A stretch of 64,000 nt of DNA from a bacterium (GTDB lineage Bacteria > SAR324 > NAC60-12), in NCBI GenBank assembly GCA_965205865.1, contig CBDBHR010000029.1:352001-416000 (forward strand), written 5' to 3'. A program made the position numbers and the translations under genes. The notes under the pieces were generated by a model. The model saw only the letters and a program-made list of their open reading frames with translations, had not been told where the DNA came from and did no database searches. Shown here one piece after another: positions 53,850 through 63,883 of the stretch. Every line of letters starts with the position of its first letter. The stretch's first letter is position 1.

Positions 53850-54887
53850 ATGGCCCAATCTAAAAAGTCCTCCAACCGAAAAGGCACGCCTCACAATGAT
53901 TTTTTCATTCAGCAGTGGAGTGATTTAAAGGTGGCTCAGGCTTTTTTTAAAGAATATTTGCCCGCTTCCATTCAAGCCATCATGGATTGGTCCCGATTAC
54001 GGCTAGCCTCAGGGGATTTTGTACAAAAAGCTTTGAAGAATCGTAAAAGTGATCTCCTTTATGAAACCCGTTTTAAAGGAAGCGAGGGCAAGGAAATCAA
54101 GGGCTTCTTCTTGATTCATTTCGAGCATCAAAAGGAGCCGGAAGCCAACATGAGTTATCGCTACTTGAGCTATTTAGTGGGGATTTATGAGCAATACCTG
54201 AAGCAATTTCCCAAAGAAGGCCTCCCGATTGTTTTCCCAGTGACCCTTTTTCAAGGCCCTAAAAAATGGACCGCTGCCCTCCACTTTCATGACTTTCTCA
54301 GGGTTCCCGAGCCTCTCAAACCCTATGTGCCTTCCTTTGAGTATCACCTGGTGGATTTATCAGGAATGAGTGATGATCAAATCAAAGGGAGCTTGTTTTT
54401 GAGGGTGTTTTTGATGATCATGAAACATATCGATTCCCCAGAGCTTTCTACTCTTTTAGCCACTGTCATCTGGCCTTTGTTTGAAAAACTATTTGAAGAA
54501 GGCAGTGGTTTGAGGTATCTTGAGGATGTACTCTACTATTTATTCAAAGCCAGTTCCCACCTCAAAGAAGAGGAAGTGGTGCAACAAGTTCAAAACATGC
54601 TTAGCTTTGAAGACGCTCAAGAGGTCATTATGACAGTCGCCGAACAATTAGAACAAAAAGGAATCCAAAAAGGAATCCAAAAAGGAATTGAACAAGGGAA
54701 AATTTTGGTGGCAAGCAAACTTTTATACAAAAAATTTGGCCACGCTGCAAAACCTTATCAAGATAGACTGGCTTCCCTTTCTACCGATGAACTCGAAATC
54801 CTCATTGAGAGACTGATCATAGAATCTTCTCTAGAAGACATTTTTCAAGGGTTTTCCTGGAGCAGTCCTCCGACAAAGCTTTCTTAA
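53850..54887 (+). CDS. Rpn/YhgA-like (transposase_31) nuclease
   Basis: PHNDFF, SDLLY, EHQ..P..M.YR, LP.V.PV.LFQG, MTVAEQL..KG..KG..QG. Confidence 0.9.
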   Translation: MAQSKKSSNRKGTPHNDFFIQQWSDLKVAQAFFKEYLPASIQAIMDWSRLRLASGDFVQKALKNRKSDLLYETRFKGSEGKEIKGFFLIHFEHQKEPEANMSYRYLSYLVGIYEQYLKQFPKEGLPIVFPVTLFQGPKKWTAALHFHDFLRVPEPLKPYVPSFEYHLVDLSGMSDDQIKGSLFLRVFLMIMKHIDSPELSTLLATVIWPLFEKLFEEGSGLRYLEDVLYYLFKASSHLKEEEVVQQVQNMLSFEDAQEVIMTVAEQLEQKGIQKGIQKGIEQGKILVASKLLYKKFGHAAKPYQDRLASLSTDELEILIERLIIESSLEDIFQGFSWSSPPTKLS

Positions 54888-55179
54888 ATTCCCCTCGTTT
54901 TTCTAAACGGCTAGCTTCATCTCCCCCACAGTATCCCTTGCCACTTGATCCTGACTGCCTCTTCTTTTTGAAGCTCAAAAGGCCACTTTCAGAAAAATCT
55001 ATGGGGGGTAACCATTTCTCATGGTGTTGGCCTCCATTGAAGATCACACAAAAAATAATATTGAACCCAGACAACGGGAACAAAAGGCTTCCTTGCGATT
55101 GCATGCGCAAACCTGCAAACACTGTTGGCATCTTATTCAAGCGAACCCATTCCAGGCAAGTGCTCCCAAGGCGATCCGG

Positions 55180-56391
55180 TTACAGCATGTCCAGCAGTAT
55201 TTCAGCCACCTTGTCGGCAAAGGGTGGATCGTTGATGTTATTGTCCAGCTCGACTAGTGGGATGCCCGGTTTGAGCTTTTCCTTGATCGTTTCAAAGCAG
55301 GCCTGATTGGCCTCCGGGTCCCAAAAATCTCCGTCGATGCTATCCAGCATCGAAATACGCCTGAGTGGAATCACAATGGAAATCGGGCCCTTGGCGGCGT
55401 TAGCGGCGGCGGCAATCATGTGGCCGTTACGACGGTTTTCCTCTACATTGGTTCTTAGCAGAGTGATGCTAGGATTCCACTTGTAGAGATTACGGTCCTT
55501 ATACTGTTCCGGTACCGTATCAAAGGTTCCGAAATTCGCCATATTGACACAACCTAGGACAAGGACCGTGGGGATCCCAGCCTGAGAGGCGGCCAGACAA
55601 CGATGCGGTCCGGCACTCGATCCACCACCACAAACTTCGTCGGCTAGTTCGGTGGTGGTCACATCCGGACAGCCCTCGATGAGGCCCTCCTCAATCATGC
55701 TTTCCATCATCCTTCCGCCGATGCCGGTGACGTGGAAGACCAAGACTTCGAAGCCGTTGTCCTCCAGGATCCCCCGGGCATGCTCCACACAGGCCGTGGT
55801 ATTCCCAAACATGGATGCACTGATTAAGGGGCGTTCGTTTTCAATTTCAGGGGGCTCTAAAGATAACATGCCGGCCACTGCTCCGGCTGCCTGCGTATAG
55901 ATCCTGCCGCTGATGCGATTGATCCCAGCGATGTCAACGATCGATTGAATGAGGGTGATATCCTTGGTCCCCACAATCCCCCGAACATCCCCGCCGCCTA
56001 CGGTGGTGACCAGCACCTTGGACACACCCAACGGCAACGCGCGCATCGCTTTGGCAGCAATGGCGGTGCCCCCGCCCCAGCCCATAATCGGGATCCCGTC
56101 CAACTACCCTTCATCGAACAACCGGCGGACAATAACCGGGAAACCATCAGTCATTATTTGCATGGCTGCATCCTTTCGCCGGCCCAAGCGCATTTCCTCA
56201 ATGTCTCCGCCACCGACTTTGGCAACTTCTGCTCGGCCAATATCCGGTTCCAGGCCAGACTCTCCCATAACGCCGAAATCCATCACAAGGGTACGGAGGC
56301 CCTGCTTTTCAATGAGATTTTTAACGAAGGCAAACTCCCGGCCTTTCGTGTCCAATGCTCCGGATAAGATGACTGTTTAAATGGTTTTCAT
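55180..56391 (-). pseudogene. Tm-1-like ATP-binding (UPF0261) protein with stops
   Basis: LDTKG.E, MRALPLG..K, SMFGNTT.CV, FHVTG.GG, NINDP.FA. Early TAA and an internal break. Confidence 0.8.
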
Positions 56392-56392
56392 C

Positions 56393-57065
56393 TTATTTTC
56401 TTTGTCGAACCGGATAGTCCCTGAACGCTTTCACGGTACCCATCACCGCCTTTTCCACCGGAATCCGTTCGATACCAGAGGCTCCGACAAAGCCCTGGGC
56501 GTCTGTTTGTTCATACAACGCCTGCAAATCTCGAGGTTCAGCGAAGGGACCGCCGTGGGCCAGACAAATTGCATTGGAATCCACCGCCCAAGCCCCTTTC
56601 ATAATTTTTTGGCATTCTCCAGACTTTCTTCCAACGGATCGGCTATGAACCCAATCAGCCCCCCGGACGTTCCCCCAACGTGGGCGCAGACCACGTCCAC
56701 CCCAGCCTTAACCATGTCTGCCGCCTGTTGTGGAGTGCAGACATAACACATGGTAAACACGTTTCGGTCACGGAGTTTCCGAATCATTTCCACTTCTCGG
56801 GCAAACCCCCAGGATATGCCAACCGCTTTCACTCTGGCATCATTTTGATCTTTAGTTCCAGGAAGACGCATTTCTATATCTGCCTGGGTAGGAAAATTGA
56901 TCACCCCATCAAACCCCTGGTCAATGAACTTCTGGATCATTCTATCCAGATCATAGTCCGTCTGATCATTGGCCATGATCCCGGCAATGATCGGCGTATC
57001 TTTGACAACATTCTGGATTTCATCAAACATGCGCAGGGTAACGGGATTGGAATGCCCGATTGTAT
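56393..57065 (-). pseudogene. PEP-hydrolase/TIM-barrel family protein, truncated and frameshifted
   Basis: GVINFPT, AGVDVVCAHVGGTSGG, LAHGGP, GFVGASGIERIP. Usual partner of UPF0261. Confidence 0.75.
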
Positions 57066-57073
57066 CAGTATCA

Positions 57074-57092
57074 GGGTCAGGCTTCGTTATTT
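57074..57092 (+). repeat. REP-like repeat (empty intron target)
   Basis: GGGTCAGGCTTCGTTATTT, inverted partner of AAATAACGA|AGCCTGTCCC that flanks the remnant intron. Confidence 0.75.
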
Positions 57093-57135
57093 CGTATAAA
57101 GGAGATAAATTGAAAATTCAATAACTAAATAACGA

Positions 57136-57363
57136 GTCACCGTAAAGAACTGACTTATAGTGGTTTCCAGCCACCTTTCGTCATTCCTCCGGTACAAATC
57201 CGGACATGCGCTGCTAACGCATCCGGCTCCTGCTTCGAGTCAGACGCTCAAACGTTGATTCGGATACGGGTGGGTTGTCCTTACAGAAGGAATGTGTAGT
57301 TTGACCAGTACTTTGAAGCGTTCCCAATTCATCCTCTATTTCTTGCCAGCTTTCCTGGCGCAC
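57136..57363 (-). mobile_element. 228-nt group II intron remnant with both ends preserved
   Basis: About 30 nt of 5' end joined through CTCT microhomology to the RT 3' end plus domains V-VI. Confidence 0.85.
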
Positions 57364-57384
57364 AGCCTGTCCCGGACTTGATCC

Positions 57385-57895
57385 GGGGGATGCAAAGCCC
57401 GAGTGAGCAACTCGAGCATGGATTTCCCCTGTTTTCTGGTAGTGGAAATGGGCTCGGATACAAAATGCCTGCGTTCCTTCAGCAGTTCGGAAGCCGCCTG
57501 AGATTTTCTGTTTCAATTTGACCATGCGGATATCTCTCTCGGCTTGGTTGTTGTCAAAAGGAACTTGAAAGTCATGCATGAACAACAAGCTTTCCTTTTC
57601 ATAGAGGATCAAACGATCGAGTAAATTTTTTGCTTTCGTCTGTTTGGGGCGTCCTCGTTTCTTTTTTTGAGGTTTTGCAGGATAGAGCTCGAGTGCTTCT
57701 TGGTTGATGTCGTGGTAGCGTTGCCGGAAGCGATCGAGTTGGGTTCGACATCCATTCCCGCTTTGCCGCGTTTGTCATGGATAAAATAAAAAGTCATCTG
57801 TTTGCTCGAGGCCGAGTGAAGCCAATGACGTTGTTTGTTTTCAAACAGGGAAGTTTCATCAAAATGAACGAGCGGGGATTGAATAAAAGCCTGAA
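57385..57895 (-). pseudogene. IS66-family transposase fragments
   Basis: VHFDET...WLH and VPFDNNQAERDIRMVKLKQKISGGFRT. Confidence 0.8.
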
Positions 57896-57907
57896 TGACC
57901 CCGTTTC

Positions 57908-57965
57908 CTAGTCTGCCCCGATTCATCACATGATACCAAGCAGGGGGATATTCAATTTTGAGTTT
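57908..57965 (-). pseudogene. RAYT transposase N-terminal stub
   Basis: LKIEYPPAWYHVMNRG. Confidence 0.6.
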
Positions 57966-58085
57966 TGAGAGGAAAGAAAAGGATGGAGAGTTAGGGAAGA
58001 AGAAGTATAATGGCCAATCACCATCAAGGTTAAACAAAGAGGAGGTATGGGACCAACTGTCGCTATTCAGATCGGGAAAGAGGTT

Positions 58086-58682
58086 ATGAAAAAATGTTGG
58101 ATCTTGTTCTTCGGAGCAGGGATCATGGGACTGCAGGCTCTGCCGGTTTATGGACAACCCACCATTGGATTTACCCAGGAAGATCGAGAGCGCATCATTC
58201 GGTTGGAAACGACCTTGACTCTCTTTATGGAAGCCACCGATCAACGCTTTGAACAGGTGGATCAGCGGTTTATCGAATTACGGGAAGACATGAACAACCG
58301 CTCGGAGCAGATGGACAAGCGCTTTGTCGAATTACGGGAAGATATGAACAAGCGCTTTGAACAAGTGGATAAACGCTTTGAACAGATGATGGATACGTTG
58401 CAACTGATTGCCGGCATTTTTACCGCCCTGACCCTGGGAGTGATTGGATTTGCTTATTGGGATCGACGTACCATTATTCGGAAAGCAAAAGAAGAGACCC
58501 TGGAAACGCTGGAACGCGAGGCCGTCCCTAAAGAAGAAGCGATGATCGAGCGGGCTGTAGCTCAGACTGTCCAAGAAATCAAAAAAGACAATCGTCTGCA
58601 AGACTTGATTGCTGCTTTACGCAAACTGGCAGCCACCGACCCGCCTCTTGAAAACGTGCTAAAAGAATTTCATTTATTGTAG
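58086..58682 (+). CDS. Exported coiled-coil protein with DKRFEQV-type repeats and one TM helix
   Basis: Signal peptide MKKCWILFFG, 7/11-residue repeats, TM IAGIFTALTLGVIGFAYW, RBS GAGG. Confidence 0.7.
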   Translation: MKKCWILFFGAGIMGLQALPVYGQPTIGFTQEDRERIIRLETTLTLFMEATDQRFEQVDQRFIELREDMNNRSEQMDKRFVELREDMNKRFEQVDKRFEQMMDTLQLIAGIFTALTLGVIGFAYWDRRTIIRKAKEETLETLEREAVPKEEAMIERAVAQTVQEIKKDNRLQDLIAALRKLAATDPPLENVLKEFHLL

Positions 58683-58767
58683 GTTCTAAAGGAAGAGGAT
58701 CCTATAGAAATGGAGCAGCCAGGAAGGAAGATAGAGGGCACCCAAGGAACCCCCCTCCTCCTCAGCT

Positions 58768-59098
58768 AGTCCCAGAGGGACGACACTTCTTCGATCCAGC
58801 GAGTTACTCCCAAATATAACGCTCATGATGTCAAATAAGGAAAAAGGCGCTTTTTGATTTCAGGAGTCATCATCTCAATTCGGCTTTTTGTGCTAAAGAC
58901 ACCATGAAGATGATTGCCGAGGTAGGAATGGGACATGAAACCTCATTGGTGTGTCGTCCCTCCGGGACTTTGAAGGAGACTGTCTTTTGTTCCCAGCGAT
59001 GAATCGCTGGGGTACTTCCTTTCGTCCCTCCGGGACTTCTTCTGACAGACGAATCTCAAACCTCCGGGACTTCTTCTGACAGACGAATCTCAAACCTA
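58768..59098. repeat. REP cluster of GTCCCTCCGGGAC palindromes plus a 34-bp direct repeat
   Basis: agtcccagagggacgac, two cgtccctccgggactt, cccagcgatgaatcgctggg, ccgggacttcttctgacagacgaatctcaaacct x2. A related copy lies at 63821. Confidence 0.75.
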
Positions 59099-59119
59099 TA
59101 TTTACCGGAAGCATAACGA

Positions 59120-59605
59120 CTATTCATACCGCACCCTCGGGTCCAAATAAGCATAAACCAAGTCGATCAGGAGATTGATCCCCACTACCACGGTGGCGAA
59201 AAACATGTTGATTTCGGAGATCACCGGGTAATCCCGGTCAGAGAGGGCCGTGAGCATCAGACGACCCAACCCCGGCAGGTTGAAGATGTTCTCCATTATA
59301 ACGGCGCCCCCGACCAGGATCGGCAACTGCAGGCCGCAGAGAGACCGGGCGGCCGCAGCGCGGCCAATAAGCACAGCTGAACGCGTGACCACCGGGATGA
59401 GGGCATTCTTGATGGCATGCCGGATCACCACGATCCGCTCTCGGAGCCCCTTGGACCAGGCGGTGCGGATATAGTCCTGCCGGAGCACCTCCAGCATCAT
59501 GGTGCGCGTCATGCGCATGGTGGTAGCGGCCATGGCCGTCCCCAGAATCAGGCTGGGGATGAGGAACACCTCCAGATTCCCCAGCGGGTCTTCGCTGAAA
59601 GGAAT
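59120..59605 (-). pseudogene. DppB-like permease C-terminal half
   Basis: MRMTRTMMLEVLRQDYIRTAWSKGL...LDPRVRYE. Confidence 0.85.
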
Positions 59606-60020
59606 CAGCCTCATCAAGCAACGCTTCGGCACCGTCCGGGTCATACATAAAGCCTTTCTTGACCTCTTCGGGCCACTCTTCAAATGGGGTGGCAATCGCT
59701 GTTACTTTACGGCTTACCCCCTGGTGTATCGGATCCCCCAAGCCCCATAGAAAGCGTTGTTCACTTCTTCGAGGTTTATGGCCACCTGCATTGCCTTGCG
59801 CGCTCTGACGTCGGAAAAGTAGGGTAACTGAACGTTCAGACCAATAGCATTGTCCGACCGAAAGTAGTACGGCCATATCACGAGTTCGGGGTTGGACTTC
59901 CGGAGTCTCTCTAACTGGTCGAGACTTGTGATTTCAGTTGCGCCGATCGGACCTATGTAATCAACCCGGCCCGTGCGCAGTGCCGCCAGTCGTGTTGCCA
60001 CTTCGGGCATAACCAGGGCA
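59606..60020 (-). pseudogene. Peptide ABC SBP internal fragment
   Basis: AALRTGRVD, FSDVRARKAMQVAIN, YDPDGAEALLDEA. Confidence 0.8.
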
Positions 60021-60399
60021 CTTACCCCCCCTTCTTCACTCCCTCGAGCGGGAAGCCTTCTCGGAGGATTCTCTCGAACTTCCCACTCCCGAGTCATTCA
60101 GATGGGAGGAGCACAAGATTGCTCGGGAAGGTGATTTTTTTTATATTATCGCCTGCCCAAACGATCCTAAGGAATATGTTATGCAAGAGAGATTTGTCAA
60201 ACCCTTTTTTTCATTTTTTTGCAAGAGGCGTTGACATTCTAAAAGCAAATTGATAACCGTTTCAGGTAATGGGCAAAATTCAAATTGAGTGGAGGTAGGT
60301 CTCCCGATATGATATATGTAGAAAAAGTTGATTTCCAGGAGGAGAAAAACCTTTTATTGTGCTGCGCAAATCCCTGTAGAAAAATAATAGGAGAGCGAT

Positions 60400-60639
60400 A
60401 TGACAACAGTCCGTATCGAAGAAATTAAACAGGATATACTTCGCTGGCTTCAAAGAGTCGAAGCAGGAGAAAAAATTGTTATCCTAAAAGCGAATAAGCC
60501 TATGGCAGAAATTATACCACTCTCAGAAAAAAGCATGGAATTACGACCGATAGGACTCTGTAAAGGGGATTTCTCTGTTCCTGACGATTTTGATGCCTCC
60601 TTGCCAGAGGAGGTCATGCAACAATTCGAGGGAAAATGA
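60400..60639 (+). CDS. Phd/YefM-type antitoxin
   Basis: LQRVEAGEKIVI...KPMAEI.P...VPDDFDASLP. Overlaps the PIN gene. Confidence 0.85.
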   Translation: MTTVRIEEIKQDILRWLQRVEAGEKIVILKANKPMAEIIPLSEKSMELRPIGLCKGDFSVPDDFDASLPEEVMQQFEGK

Positions 60640-61019
60640 AACTTTTGTTAGATACTCATATATTCCTTTGGTTTATCAGTGGAGATGAACGATTATCAGA
60701 AAGATTTCAAAAAGAGATTCGTCTACAAGAAAATGACGTGTCTTTGAGTGTTGTTTCTCTATGGGAGATCATTGTCAAATATCAGCTTGGTAAACTTCCC
60801 TTACCTCAGCCTCCTGAAATATACATTCCACAACAACGAGAAAAGCATTTGATTAAAAGTGCAATGCTTACCGAAGAGGACATTTCACAACTACCGACAT
60901 TACCATCGATACACCGTGATCCTTTCGATCGAATGATCGTCTGTCAGGCACTATCACAGAATTTAACGATCGTGACAGTCGATGACAAAATTCATCAATA
61001 TCCTGTTAAAGCTTTATAA
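60636..61019 (+). CDS. vapC: VapC PIN-domain toxin
   Basis: LLLDTHIFLW, SLWEI, HRDPFDRMIVCQA, TVD. Confidence 0.92.
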   Translation: MKLLLDTHIFLWFISGDERLSERFQKEIRLQENDVSLSVVSLWEIIVKYQLGKLPLPQPPEIYIPQQREKHLIKSAMLTEEDISQLPTLPSIHRDPFDRMIVCQALSQNLTIVTVDDKIHQYPVKAL

Positions 61020-61039
61020 TTTATCCAAACACTAAAAGA

Positions 61040-61161
61040 TGCCAACAAAAGGCTGCTCTTGATTTTCACCACAGCCGATTCGATTATCAAGCAACATGAA
61101 TTTACAAGTTCAGTTCTCCATCATACGTTATGGTGAAAAACGGGAGAACTAAACGTTAGCG
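61040..61161 (+). other. Probable integron attC site
   Basis: TGCCAAC, 5-nt spacer, L'' box and TTTTCACCA, pairing with TGGTGAAAA, L' box and GTTAGC. Directly after the vapC stop. Confidence 0.6.
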
Positions 61162-61432
61162 CATCGAGCGAAGACTGACACATTTTGCGGGGGCTAGCTG
61201 TCCGAATGAGTTCTCCGTCTGGTCAGACCAAGCCAGTCAGACGAAGCGGCATTCCACTCCTCCACCTGCCTGGCCGCATTGTGCCATTCTGAGTCCCTGG
61301 AAATACTGCTGAAAATCCGCATCATTTGAGCAATGCGGCCTTTTTAGGCAGATGCTTCTTGAGCAAGCAGAAGGGAAAAAAGATAAATGATCAGCTTCAA
61401 CCTATTTACAAACAATTTAGGTATCGACTAAA

Positions 61433-61557
61433 TGTAATGGTTCGATAGCTTGTATCCCATTTATAAATGTGTCATTTCGAATGAATGTGAGGAATCTTAA
61501 GAATCTCTCTATGCAGTCGAGATGACATCAAGGGATACAAGCTATCGAACCATTACA
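61433..61557. mobile_element. MITE family B, intact copy
   Basis: Perfect 26-bp TIR TGTAATGGTTCGATAGCTTGTATCCC and 6-bp TSD ACTAAA. Confidence 0.88.
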
Positions 61558-61635
61558 ACTAAATATTGCAATTATGCCATATGGCTTTATTATTATGGAA
61601 ATGTGTCTTTATCTTCAAAACGTTAGAGAAGAGAA

Positions 61636-62064
61636 ATGCAAAAAAAAATTCAGAACCGCCTCATGTATGGTGCCGTGATTGGGATTACGACCGCTGACAA
61701 TCATAAAGTGATTCAGTTTCTCAAAGAAGGGTTACCCACTTCCTCATTTACCAAACTTCAGAATGCGTTGGCCATCTCCAGTAAACAGCTGGCGAGTGTG
61801 GTCAACATTTCCCAACGGACAATCAATCGACGTCAAAAGGAAGGGAATTTACGTCCTGATGAATCTGAAAGGGTCCTGAGAATTGCCAGACTTTTTGATA
61901 TGGCCAGAGAGTTGTTTGAGGATGACCAATTGGCCCGGCAGTGGTTCAAGTCTCCGAAACGAGCATTGGATGGGAAGACTCCTCTGGATTTTGCTGATAC
62001 CGAGCCGGGGGCTCAGGAAGTCGCAGATTTACTAGGACGACTGAAGCATGGAGTGTTCTCTTGA
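61636..62064 (+). CDS. Xre/MbcA/ParS-type antitoxin
   Basis: ESERVLRIARLF...ARQWF..P.RALDG.TPLD...G..EV.DLLGRLKHGVFS. Confidence 0.9.
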   Translation: MQKKIQNRLMYGAVIGITTADNHKVIQFLKEGLPTSSFTKLQNALAISSKQLASVVNISQRTINRRQKEGNLRPDESERVLRIARLFDMARELFEDDQLARQWFKSPKRALDGKTPLDFADTEPGAQEVADLLGRLKHGVFS

Positions 62065-62531
62065 AAAAAGCCTGGCGCATGGTGGCTCCTCAATATGTGG
62101 ATCAGGCATTTGATGGAGAAGGCGCGAGGATTTATGGGGGACGGTGGAACAGTAAAGGAACTTCCATGGTCTATACTGCGAGTTCTTTATCGCTTGCTGC
62201 AATGGAAATTTTAGTCCACTTGGATTCAGATGAAATATTGAACCGTTATGTTTGCATTCCAATCGAGTTCCCCTCTAAACTGTCGCTCCTATTCAATCAG
62301 CAGACTCTTCCCAAAAATTGGAGGAACAGGGTCGTGCCTCTATCGACAAAACGGATTGGAGATCAATGGGTGCTCAAGCAGCAATCGGTACTGCTCGAAG
62401 TGCCAAGTGTTCTTGTTTCTGAAGAGTCTAATTTTCTGATCAATCCTGCCCATCCTGACTTTTGCCAAATTTCAATAGGCCAAGCCAAACCCTTTGAATT
62501 CGATACTCGCCTCATAAAAAGGTCAAAATGA
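62061..62531 (+). CDS. RES-domain toxin (MbcT/ParT-like)
   Basis: GEGARIYGGRWNSKG..VYTA.SLSLA..E.LVH, VPS, NFLINPAH. Confidence 0.92.
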   Translation: MKKAWRMVAPQYVDQAFDGEGARIYGGRWNSKGTSMVYTASSLSLAAMEILVHLDSDEILNRYVCIPIEFPSKLSLLFNQQTLPKNWRNRVVPLSTKRIGDQWVLKQQSVLLEVPSVLVSEESNFLINPAHPDFCQISIGQAKPFEFDTRLIKRSK

Positions 62532-62662
62532 AAAGGTGGCAAATATTAAATTGTCTTTCCATCTCATCCATTAGCTGCCGTAGCTTTTACTCGCAGATCG
62601 CGTCGCCACAGGAAAGGGGTCAGAAACTGAAACGAATTGAAACCCGGTGAACGTTTGCAATA

Positions 62663-62829
62663 ATGGCTCTCGCCTTATATCTGGATCACCATGTCCCTCG
62701 CGCTATTCCTGTTGGGCTTCGTATACGGGGAGTCGATGTGACGACCGCTTGGGAAGATGGGTCGCATGAATTATCTGATCCGGATATACTTGATCGTGCC
62801 ACCGAACTCAATCGGCCCCTTTTGTCCGC
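62663..62829 (+). pseudogene. DUF5615 PIN-like protein, truncated
   Basis: LYLDHHVPRAI..GLR.RGVDV.TA.EDG...SD..IL.RA. Runs into the convergent permease. Confidence 0.7.
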
Positions 62830-63798
62830 TTACATTTTGAAAGGGGAGATCAGTCGGGCCAGGAAGCCTCGTTTGCGTTTCTTTGCGGCGCCGTAACTGC
62901 CCTGACCGCCCCGCATCCGGGGGTCGAGCAGGTCCCTGAGGGCGTCGCCGAACATGTTGAGGGAGTAAACGACAATAGTCAGGCAAAGGCCAGGCCAGAG
63001 CGCCAGCCGTGGCGCCATCTCCATGTAGAGACGTCCTTCCCGGCTGAGCATCCCTCCCCAGCTGGGAAACTCTACGGGCAGACCGAATCCCAGGAAGCTC
63101 AGAGAAGCCTCAGCCATAATCACCCCCCCGATGTTGATGGAGAAGACGATGATGATCGGTGCCATGATATTGGGCAGGACATGGCGGATCAGGATTTGGC
63201 TCGTGGGGGTGCCCACCGCCCGGGCGGCCAGAAAATAGTCATTCTCTTTTATGCCGATCACCGCGCCTCGCATGATTCGAGAACCGCCGATGCCGCCGGC
63301 AATCCCCAGGACCACGATGATTTGGAGGAGACCCTGTCCCACGATGGACATGATGGTCAACAACAAAAGCAGCCCCGGAAAAGCCATCCAGGCATCGACA
63401 AAGCGCTGCATGGCCAGGTCCACTTTCCCACCCAGAAATCCGGAAATGCCGCCGATCAGGACAGCGACCACCACATTAATGGTCGTCGCTGCCAGACCTA
63501 CCGCTAAGGAAAGACGAGCCCCGTAGATCATGCGGCTCAATATGTCTCGCCCCGCGAAGTCGGTACCCAACAGATACCGGGCTGATGGGCCCTGCATCCT
63601 GTCTATCAGGTTTATTTTCATATAAGGATAAGGAGCCAGAGCCTCGGTGAAGATCGCCACCAGAATCAAGAGCAATATGATAATCCCACAGGCAGTCCCC
63701 AGGGGCTTCTCCCTGACCAGCCTGATCAAGAATGCAGCCAGCCGGCCCCGTCGCTTGGGCTCGATGATTTCGGTTGGTGTCTCTGTGGTGTTGTTCAT
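62830..63798 (-). CDS. Peptide ABC permease (DppC-like)
   Basis: LGTDFAGRDILSR, GDALRDLLDPR. Confidence 0.92.
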   Translation of the reverse strand: MNNTTETPTEIIEPKRRGRLAAFLIRLVREKPLGTACGIIILLLILVAIFTEALAPYPYMKINLIDRMQGPSARYLLGTDFAGRDILSRMIYGARLSLAVGLAATTINVVVAVLIGGISGFLGGKVDLAMQRFVDAWMAFPGLLLLLTIMSIVGQGLLQIIVVLGIAGGIGGSRIMRGAVIGIKENDYFLAARAVGTPTSQILIRHVLPNIMAPIIIVFSINIGGVIMAEASLSFLGFGLPVEFPSWGGMLSREGRLYMEMAPRLALWPGLCLTIVVYSLNMFGDALRDLLDPRMRGGQGSYGAAKKRKRGFLARLISPFKM

Positions 63799-63883
63799 GT
63801 CCTTGATTTTTCTATAATACAGTCCCGAAGGGACTTCTCCTTATATACGAATCTCAAACCTATATTTACCAGAAGCATAACGA

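Noticed and set aside
57214-58244. ORFs 57214-57612 and 57609-58244 as real genes
   Set aside because: Chimeric read-throughs of IS66, RAYT, intron and antisense sequence.
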